Shown: in pieces, positions 12,401 through 22,230 of the stretch
Numbering within the stretch: the stretch's first letter is position 1
Layout: the number at the start of each line of letters is the position of its first letter
Assembly: GCA_010909165.1 (NCBI GenBank)
Contig: MU008184.1
Location: 496,001-560,000 of the forward strand
Direction of reading: 5' to 3'
Source: Anthoceros angustus
Taxonomy: Eukaryota > Plantae > Anthocerotophyta
Length of the DNA: 64,000 nucleotides
The notes under the pieces: generated by a model
What the model saw: only the letters and a program-made list of their open reading frames with translations
Database searches by the model: none
What the model was told of the DNA's origin: nothing
Program-made: the position numbers and the translations under genes

Positions 12401-14600
12401 CTGCCCTATCAAACCCGCGGGAGGTGGTCCAATGCCGGCAAAGACGCCTCCCGAGCACCTATGGCTAAGGGAGACGGTGCCCGCACACGTGGAAGAGGCA
12501 ATCCAACAAGTGGATTCGACTTTGCCTATTACCACGCGAGCCCCTGGCAGAGGCCTCTCACAGAATAGACGGACCCGGAAGGCCTGAGGGGAAGAAGGGC
12601 ATGGGGACAAAGACGGGGACTCTAGTGGCCCTGCTTGGAGACGACGGCAATGGGGAGAAGAGCCTCAAGAGGAGCGAGACGCAACGGACCCTGTGGTAAG
12701 TTCACCGCAACCCGCCGAGAAGGAGGTGACGGCCCAAAGGGGCAAGGAGGAGCCAACCCGACCCAAGACAAGGGCCTGGGTAGGGATGAGGACCCAGCAA
12801 GACGAGGTCCATGAAGGGGTCCGAGCGGGGACCGGAGTAAGTTCGACCGAGGTCCGAACCCCAGACGAGGCCGGACCACCACGACTCAGAAATAAGCTGA
12901 CTGGAGTTCAGACCGGAGTCGAGACCGACCTCGAGGTCCTGACGAAGAAGGAGGAGCCCCTCGACTTACGCTTAGGGGAGCAGAGGGGCCCCACCGGAGG
13001 GGACCCACGGGAGGCTGTGGAGGATGACGTTGTGGTAACGGGCGCCGCCGCCGCCAGCCCAACCCGATGTGATTCCGGAGAGAGGAGGGGTCTCACGGAT
13101 CATCCGATTGGGTGCGCGCCGAATGTGACGGAGATTGGACCACCAATCCCAAGGCGAACCCGGACCTTCCCACCCCACCGCCGACGGAGATAGGGGAGGA
13201 ATAGGATGGTAGGCGGTATACCGAAATGGCCATCACCGTGGGGGTGTAATAAAGACGCCGACTTGGGCGTAGTATAAGAGGGTCCGCCTCAATAAATCAT
13301 CTTCTCTTGGTGTTGATGCCGCTCTTGCACCTTGTGTGTCTTCTGCTAACGTGAGTCCCGAGTCACCGAAAGGTGCACGGCCCGAGATTGATCGTGGTCC
13401 CGTGACGACCTAACGTGTGTGTGTGCGGTGGAGGTGACTGGGACCTGCTCGCCTGCAGCCGCGCCCCGAACGGACCGAACGTGTGAGCCGGAGGGGACTC
13501 CGGAGGGCGCAGAGCCCTGGACGAGAGGCCGAGAACGACGAGGAGGTCCGGATCGTAACCCGCCTTTCCCTAAGACCGATAAGTGTAGTGTGAGTGGAGA
13601 GAGGAACGACGAGGTGTGAGGACGAACGTGAACGACTGACGCGAACGGGTCTTAAACGCTTGGCCATACCGGGCCCGTAAGTGTGAACGCGAGTAGTTAG
13701 ACGGAACCATGAATGTGTGCGTAAATAACAAAAGTAAGACGAGAATCGTCAACCGCAAAACGGAGCTCGCTATTCCTTGGGAACGGATGGCGGTGGCCCA
13801 GGAGGACCAGGAGGCGAGGGAGGATGGCGTTGTAGTGGCGGTCGTCGGACCGCGCCCGGTAACTGGCGAGTTCGGAGAAGGAGGGTCCGCCTCGCGGATC
13901 ATCCGATTGGGTGCGCCATTGTCGGGGCGGAGATTGGACCACCAATCCCAAAGCGGAACCGGACCTTCCAGCCCACCGGCGAAGGAGATAGGGGAGGAAT
14001 AGGATGGTAGGCGGCGATTAGGCATCTTGGTGGCCATCGTCGAGAATAGGGGGTGTAATAAAACTTGGGCAGGCGTAGTATAAGTGAGTGCCACAGATAA
14101 ATCATCTTTCTCTTGGTGTTGATCGCGTTCTTGCAGACCTTGTGTGTCTTCTTGCTAACGTGAGTCTGAGTCCGGCGGGCACGGCGGCTCGGGAGATTGA
14201 TCGAGGTCTGGTAGCGGACCTAACGTGTTGTGGTGTGTGCGAGGAGGTGGCGGGACCCGTGCTGCGTCGAGCCCGGCCCAGCCGAGCGGGCCGAGCGTGT
14301 GGCCGGAGGGGACTCGGGGGCGTCTGCGAGCCGGACGGAGGCCAGCGAGCAGCGGAGGAGGTCGGGCATGTAACCAGCGTCTTTCCTTAAGGCGATAAGT
14401 GTAGTGTGGTGGAGAGGAGGCAGGGACCGGGTGGTGACGTGAACGCTCTGGCGTGAGAGCAGGTCACCAGCGTTTAGCCATACAAGGGCATCGGTGCGGT
14501 GTTGCGAGTAGTTAGGCGTGGCGTGATGAATGTGTGCGTTGGGGGGCTGAGCAGACGCAAGTAAAACGAAATCTTTGAAAGCAGCATAGCAGCGGCATTC
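9440..14600 (+). mobile_element. Unclassified repeat element, copy A; frameshifted long ORF starting MAPK (9983), probably a retroelement accessory ORF
   Basis: GC/purine-rich broken ORF over ~9983-13000 with motifs WHW..PEFA.M..NKEVRSKNLREDPRRW and HVWGH...LKEGE, which recur in copy B. No RT, integrase or matched LTR seen. Boundaries approximate. Confidence 0.5.
13020..14560. repeat. ~0.8-kb module in two tandem copies (~13020-13750, ~13830-14560), with a diverged third copy near 30000-30730
   Basis: Shared strings 'ggatcatccgattgggtgcgcc', 'gagattggaccaccaatccca', 'ggggtgtaataaa' and 'ataaatcatc(t)ttctcttggtgttgat'. The third copy has 'tgtaataaagac...gtagtataagaggg...ttctttggggttgat'. Confidence 0.85.
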
Positions 14601-14669
14601 CAGCAGGCAGGACTCCTTCCTACAACCTGCAGTATTCTGGCCTTGCAGTGGCCGTCGGTAGTAGCGCCT

Positions 14670-14808
14670 GACGCCATTGTATCGTTGGGCGCCATTGTTT
14701 AGGCGTTAGGGCGCCATTGAGCGTTTGGCACCATTGTTAGAAACTGGTGGGGCGCTGTTGTTGGGCGTTTGGCACCATTGTTAGCGCACTGGGCGCTATT
14801 GTTGGGCC
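14670..14808. repeat. Imperfect minisatellite of GGCGCCATTGTT-like units at the junction of copies A and B
   Basis: Roughly eight variants: acgccattgt, ggcgccattgtt, ggcgccattga, ggcaccattgtt, ggcgctgttgtt, ggcaccattgtt, ggcgctattgtt. Confidence 0.8.
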
Positions 14809-15299
14809 TGGATGTTGGTAGAGAAAAACATCACTAGGCCCTACGTTCTACCGCCCCCTGCTAGAGGGAGGCGGCGAGCTGTCCTGTGGGTGGCACTTGG
14901 ATATATTCCAAAGTGGTCCGACATGATAGTGTGCCCGGTCCGGAGTACGCGAAGATGAACACTGCATTATCTTGTGAAGGGGTGAATATCCGAACCCCTT
15001 GAGTGAGCAAAAACCCTCTTAGCACATGACTACAGGTCCGAGAAATATGCGTTTTGGCTGCTTTTTAAAGAAAGATGGGCTTCATGGTAGAACACGTTGG
15101 TATTCAAAAAAGCGTATTAACAAAGACGTAAAGCGGATAGAAACGTGGGCGGTAAGCGAGCGCCATTTCGTTGTTTCTTTGGGTACAGCAAGTCGAAGAC
15201 ATCAATTGCCGCAATGGAGCGGTCCCATAAAACATTACGAACTAAGCGAAGCGGCGTGATTTTTACATGACATGAGAACCACTAAGCCTATTCCCTACA

Positions 15300-17100
15300 A
15301 GACTAACTTGGGACTACGCTAGAGGCGGAGAAAACTTTCTGAATCCATCCATGGCGGCGGTTGCCAAAGGCTCCATACTCTTCATCGAAGCTATAGATTC
15401 TCCCCAACGCCCTTATGTCTTCACCATTCTCTTGTGGCGTCGTCGTCAAAATTGGGAAAGTACCTACCAAATATCAAGTTTAACATATACACTTAAAAGA
15501 TGCATGGCATTAGGCATGGCATTGGGCATCATTGGAACTCTATCCTGTAGACCCATCTCCCATGCCCCACCCTACCGTGACATATTCCACGGTTTGAATC
15601 CACCCTCATATTGTTCATGTTGGTCTTGTCCCATACAAATGAGACCAAGCCCCTTTCTTGCTCCACTTTTCGCATTGACTCCCTCACGGTGTGAGCCTCC
15701 TCCACACCATGCATGACAATCATTCTCAACTCATCCAAGTAGTTTTCTCAAAACTCGCAAAACAGGTCCATCATCGTTGTCAACTCGTTTGTCCAAGGGC
15801 CCAATTTGAAACCCCTTGAACGTCCATCACCAAGTGTGTACTTCCTCTCGAAATCCTCGCATGTCCAAAACATCCTCGCTTTCCACTTGGTATTGTACTT
15901 GTTTGTCCGAGGATGGAACATTGAAGACCTCCAATCCTTCCTCAAGGTCCTTGTCTGCGAGAGCACGCCGTCGTCTCCACCTTTCCAATTATTTACTCAA
16001 AATGAAATGTTGGAAGACATCCGGAAGTTTGGAAAGGACCTCAATATCCTTCGCCACGCCAAACACATGATGGTTAGTCCAAACGCAAAGAACAGAGGAG
16101 GCGGCCGGCCGCCTCCTCCACTTTTCGAACACACATGGGCGAAACTAACCTTTCCAAAGCGCTTTGAAAGCGGACAACATCTGTCAGTCGAATGCAACGG
16201 ATATTCTTCTCGCACCTCAATGAAGAGCACCCTGTGTGTTTTACCATAGCAACTTGTATGACATGGAACTTCTTCCGCAAAGTGATCTCCTCATCCATGC
16301 CCTTCAAATCAATAAGTCCGCTTAAAACTTTTTCAGTCACACGAATTTGCTGCCCGACTTCCACCGGTATTCCTTGAAGGATTTCCATGGCTTTGCCAAC
16401 ATGTCCTTTGGCTTTATCTGTCCACTTGCTTCCGCCACACCATCTTCCGCTTCCCTTTCCTTTCTAGTCCTGGTAAATGCTTCTTCGCTCCATAAGCTCT
16501 CCACCTCCCACTTTGAAAAATCAAGTCCACATTGTCCCACACCTTCCCTCCCGCTGATGCATAAAATGTGTGCGATTGTCTACTTTGTTCGCTTGTAGAC
16601 ATCGCCTCGCGCCTTCATCATCCTCAATCAATAGCACTTTGTATGATTGTACTTCCATGCCATGGTCATCTCAGACTTTCGCTAATCAGCATCATCTCGT
16701 AAGCACCGGACCGCTCAATGAAGTTCATCTTCTTTCTTGTCCGACATGGTATTGTGATCCGTGACTGTGATTGCACGAAGCCCACAATAGACATGTGCTT
16801 CCACATATTGAAACCTCTTCTTCCGTGAGATATCACATAGATGTTTCATGGTCGCATATGTATGGTTCCCACCAAGAACCCCATAACGTATTTTTTCCGC
16901 CATCGCTTCCACTTGCGAGGTCACGCACTCACTTGGATCTATCATACATAAGAGTGGCAAAACACCCTCCTCTATCCTCCCTTCGAAATAACCCGAGCCA
17001 AATAATTGGCCCATGCCTCATCAACCTCGCGAATCGATCCGGCGTTATGTGCGTGGTCTTAAGTTCTCCAACTTGACCAACACTGCTTCCAAGACCACCT
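15300..17100 (-). pseudogene. Transposon cargo gene: ParB/Srx-like domain followed by a possible degenerate N4/N6 DNA methyltransferase-like region (frameshifted; 5' part may extend to ~18550)
   Basis: 'VKLENLRP..IREVDEAWANYLARVI..GVLPLLCMID..YGVLGGNHTYATMKHL..VEAHVYCGL..HN..MNFIER' (16700-17080) follows the ParB N-terminal pattern. 'RMIVMHG..V..M..FVWDKTN..TVEYVTVGW' (15565-15730) resembles the IIWxK...E-I-L-V segment of beta-class MTases. No DPPY or FxGxG motif found. Confidence 0.5.
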
Positions 17101-19929
17101 TCTTCGCGTAAGTCAATCCCTCAGCGAGAGAGGGGGTCTGCATCCCGGATCGCGTCTTCTAACCGCTTCTTCATCTGTCGAAATATGGACAATGGAATGA
17201 CTCCAACGATCCTCCACTGCTTTCGCTTTTTTTCCTTCCTCGCCTCGGCCGCCACTATGTGCCTTTGTAGTCCCCGTGCAGAATCCAAATTTGCGGGCGC
17301 TTTGACCCGACCTTGTGGTCATGACTCTCCCACCTGAGAGGCGCGGCGGCCGGCGCCCTCCTCCTCTTCTCTGCTCAGCCTCCACACCACCCTCTTCCCT
17401 CTCGGGATCCCATATGTCTATTCTTCCATCATGTCCGCGGAAGGGCCATGCCGGCCGGCCCCAACCCCCATCTCCTTGTTGAAACCGGATAAACCAGGAT
17501 CCGGTAAGTTCGCCCGCCCACCCTTCAACACCGGGGCGCCGGCCGCCCGCCCCCTGCTGATCGAGGCCATGGTGGGACAACCATTGACGCCATGCAATGC
17601 CAGCTTGGCAGATCTCGATCTCCGTCTTCCTCATGCCCCGACACTTCTTCCTCCGAATGCCCGAGGACGCGGAATGGGGCCATCTTCCTCATCCGAGGGC
17701 CCAAGTTCACTTTTCGGGATCCGGGCGGACTCCTCTTCGCAATTCTTTGATGGGCTGCTCTCACCCTTCTCATTGAAAGCTCTCTCCGTGATCCATGCCT
17801 CGTAATCTTCCGCAAATAGCCTCGATGAGGGCCATTCCGACTAATGGCCGGAAAATGTAGAAAGCAAAATCACGCTACCATCCTAGCCTCATGGTTCTCA
17901 AAAGACATTGTTGTTCCAACTTGTGGTTGTCGCATGCACTCGGAACTCTTCGACAAGTGAGCGAGGTGCACATTTCTGGCATTGAACCCTCCGAGGTCGA
18001 GAACATAAGACCAGAATATCGTGGTCCCGGATCACATCAAACTCATATGGCCTGGTGGTGCAAAACAAGAACTCGGCTCCCCTCATTCATATCCATTGTT
18101 GCCCAGACCCATCCCTCTTGCTCGATTGGGCAAAGCCCCACCCCATTATCCGTAGTTTCAGAAAGGCGCCCATGTCGCTTTCCTCTTCCGGATGCGGATC
18201 CGGACGAGCATCCAATCCTTCCGCAAAATCATAACAGGTCAACTGCCTCCACATGGATGTGCACGGTTTCCTCGTGAAAGGCGATGGAATTGGAGGTGGC
18301 ACCACATGCTTTGAGGTTTTGAGCCTCCTTCCTTTGCACGCTAGCAGCCTTTGTCCCTTGTCTTCCTCAAGACATGCTCCCATTTTGCCTCCGATGGTTT
18401 ATGCCTCCCACACCTCCCGCCCGACACTGGGGGCGCCACCTTCTGCCCGGGTTGCCCCGCCTTGTTCCCTTTCGTTTTCTCGCTGGCGTCGGCCGCCACG
18501 CCGCCTCCTTCTTGCTCGCCCGCCGCCATCTCAATTGCGCAAAAAGCAATCACAAGACAAGGCGGCGAAAATCGCCAACCTGCTCGGAAAGATGAATGGA
18601 AGGAAGGTGATGCTCGATCACATGGAGGGGCCGAACTCTCGCAAAACCCGCCGATTGATTGGGCTTCACGCCTCCAAAGCTCGCGACTGCCGCATCGCTG
18701 AATTCGCCGCGGCCGCAAGGGACAAAGCAATTCAAGCGCAATTGTTCTCCAACTCGCCAAGCAACACACGCAGATGCTCGCCTATTTCCCTGACTGAAAT
18801 ACGCCCACACGCTACACCGCACGCAAGAAGAGAGAGGTTTGTAATTAGGGTTCCTTGCCCCGTGCATTTATAGACCAAAACGCATTTAACATTTCACGCT
18901 CCACCATATTTCGCTATGCCATAATATAAACTCTTGTCTATCCATAATCACATTGACTTCCGTGACGGCCGGGCACCATAATTGTCGACCATAAAAGGCA
19001 TGACGCGATGCACCGTTGGATACCTCTCACCGATAGACCATCATGATGTCGAAAGAGAGAAATAATGTCCTTCCTATCTTGCGATATGCCTTAAGGCACA
19101 CACCGCCATTCGCATGCAACTTCCTTCAAAATCTCCCGCCCACACGAGGGCGCTCAAGCAAGGTTCTTGAACGACGAGGCATACAATGTTGCGCCTCACA
19201 CACACAAGAGGTTTGAGTTCTTCCCGCATCAGCTTTACGCTTTCCTTCGCGGTTTGTTTTATGATTCTAAGTTCGTTTTCGATCAGGGCTCATGGCCATC
19301 GTGATCATCTTTGGGATCAACACTTGCCTTCCCAATGTCCGCGTGCTTCACCGAAAACAAGAGAAGGGAGGAGGCTGGAAAGGCCGCCACATCGCCGACA
19401 TCCGCCGCACCCGCCGTGGTGCGCCATTGCGTAAGAACGAGAGATGATGAAGGTTAAATTTCTTCCCTTCGATTATAATTGACGATGGGCGTGAAAATCC
19501 ACATGGTGTGATCCCGCTGAATATTCGGACATTGCTCTTGCATGCAGACGAAAACGCCGACATTTGTCGCCGCCAAATGTCCCGCGAGGTGTTCCTCGAA
19601 CACCTAGGAATTTGCATCGCTATGTGCTTTGGAGGAAGCCCATCCAAACGCTGCTTTCCTTCCCATTGTCCGTGACCTTCCCCGGAGATGACCGATGGTT
19701 CCTCGCCGTGGTTTGTTTCATGAGGATATTGTTGCTCGCCTCCACTCACCGGATGATGAAGGGCCCAGTGGGGACGACGAGGATTCTCTCCACTTCCAGA
19801 CACCTGATGCCTGTCAATCCTTCCATCCGAAGCCTCTGAGTGAGACTTTGAAGGCCCCGACAACCGCAAGTACTCTATCATGTCGGAGACGCGCAGCTGG
19901 AGTGTCGTTGACAAAAAGTGAAGGGGAGA

Positions 19930-22230
19930 CAATGCTTGCAGATTTCAAGAAGCCTTGTTGCAACAAAATGTGTTTTAAAGGCCAAAGAGCGATTTCGGAG
20001 CGATACCGCTTTCTTCGGATGGGAAGGCGAGTGAGGAGACATTTCTTCGCCTCTTGTTCAGATGGAGTGCACGGGATAGAAGAAAGCGGTCACACATCTC
20101 ATGGGAGCGACTCTTATGCCGCTTGAAGGCTTTCAAAAGAGTGTATTGCCTTGGGCACAAGAGGTATGAGGAGCTAAAGAGCGTAGTCTTTCCGGAATCA
20201 CCTTGGGATGGATTCGGACCAAACCCAAGGCACAATCTACTTATGCGCTTGATGCCATTTCTTGGATGGACAATGCTTTTATGTTTATGGCCGGCTTCCT
20301 AATTTGGAAGTATTTAATCTACCGACACGTATACAAAGTTGGAAATATGGAACAAGCGCCGATGAAAGCTCGCATACGCTATGTGAAGTATCCATGGTTC
20401 TTAAACTGTGGAGAAGCAACTTCCCGCAGTAAAACTCCCAACAGATTTTCAACATGCTCGCTTTGAGCAAGAGCACTATAAGAAATACAAAGCACAAGAT
20501 CAAGGTAAATTGCACGATGTGTCTTTCATGTGCTTGTTCCTCCGGTTGTTGAATGCCCCGCCTATCATCCGCACGGATTCTTCCGCCTTCTTCTCCATGA
20601 TCGATTCATGTGCTTGCAATGCCCAATGCTTACCATGGATTGGTTTCGGACGGCAACCTCCGGCGCCGCGGGCCGGGCGCCTGCAGGGGCGGACGCAGCC
20701 TCCAGTTGAGAGCAGAGGCGCCGGCCGCCTGCACTGCTTATGATGATTCGAGACCCCTCCCAAATCATCCGCCCAGCGTAGGGGAAGGGCGCCGACCGAC
20801 GCCTTCCCCACTGCCGCATGAATGTTTGGTAAGAGCGCTCAAAAACGCTTTTGTATAGGTTGGATGGTTCTCGCAAAGTCGGTGATGGATGAGGATGGGG
20901 GTCTTTTTATTGCTGATTATGATGTTCGTTTTTGGCATAGAGAAATACCAGGTTGCCTTGGAAGCACATCGTGTGCGGCTCCACCAGAACGGCAGAAAAT
21001 GGCTAAACACAGGAGCAAGAGCTATGTGGAGCCACATAAGTATATGCTCAATTGATGGAATGGACCAAAAAGACAGAGATACCTCATCTTCCTGGTACGA
21101 AAAACCTGAGGAGTGTCGATTTCACCACGTGGTTGGGTGCATGATTCACAACTATACGCTTAAAGCTAGAGCCTATTTGCATTATGCGAATCATGAACGA
21201 CGAATCTTACGATCACCATTATTCGTGACGTTATACATAACTACGAGGGTGTCCCGCCAAGAGTTTTGTACTTGCTTGGACAACACATGCAGGAGAATAA
21301 GAACCAGCTTTTGCTTATCCGAACATGCTTGTTGATATGGGTACTTTTGAAAAAGTGAAAGTGGGATTCCTTTTGGTCGGACATACTCATGATCAAATCG
21401 ACCAGATGTTTTCTTGCTTCTCCAAAAGCTTGAAACATAAAGAAGCTCACACGCTTCCCGCATTGTCAGAGATCTGGTGCAAGCGTACACGCCTACACCA
21501 GAGGTCAAGGTATTGACTGAAGTGGCCGACTTCCGGTCATATGTGTGGCCCATTACACAAGGCCAGAGAGGACTCTATGGGCGCTAAGAAACGAACAACC
21601 TATCGCTCCAAAGACTCAAAATAACACGTGAAGAAAAAGCGGCCCGTGGTTTGTGATGATCGAGCAAGCGATCGACCGCCGCTGGGAAATCAAGGGGTTT
21701 GAGTTTTGAAATTGTGCCTTGGACACTATAATACTGCGCCTTGACGACCTGGTCGAGGGATAAAAAGGAAGCCACATGATATTATCTCCAACCTGCTCAT
21801 CTAAAGGCTGGTCTTGGAACTTAGGCCGTATGTGACATCCAGGAGTTTTATGGTGGGAAGCTCGGACCAGAGGAGATTGTCATATTGTGGAAAACAACAT
21901 TGGCCTTGTGCTACACAAACCTTGGAGGTGGTACGCCAGATCCAAGTGCAAGGCACAACCCAACCTCTGATGTTGGATGAAGCATCACTGGAGGAGGCAT
22001 TCGAGGGAGCTCCCACAACGAGATATGTATTTGGGAGCATACCAAAACTGGGAGGCAACAACAAGAAATGTCACGGTTGAATGGTGATATCGCAGAAATA
22101 AAGGGGAAGAATGTTGCCTCATGCACCGACACGCAAAATAGGCCCTTTTGGATTGGCAAGGTGACTTGTGTTGAACTACATGCACGAGCCTCACTTCCTT
22201 GTTCATTGGTATGAATCGAACACAGATGTA
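19930..22230 (+). pseudogene. Frameshifted DDD-type transposase (Sola-like/DUF7869) with a C-terminal BAH/Tudor-like module
   Basis: Cys-rich N-part 'KKPCCNKMCF', 'C.LKAFKRVY.LGHKRY' and 'RFSTCSL'; GT-AG intron at 20505-20940. Catalytic-type motifs 'SIDGMDQK' (~21050), 'LDNTCR(E)NKN' (~21276) and 'VKVGFLLVGHTHDQIDQMFS' (~21355-21415). C-terminal 'GDIAEI..RPFWIGKV../..FLVHWYE' (22083-22215). Confidence 0.8.

Noticed and set aside
9750-13200. Many overlapping 60-240 aa ORFs as separate genes
   Set aside because: Expected from GC-rich, frameshifted repeat DNA; best explained as one broken ORF.
15300-17100. Bacterial contamination or prophage, because of the ParB-like domain
   Set aside because: It lies inside a TIR-bounded element whose transposase has a spliceosomal-type intron, nested in plant repeats.
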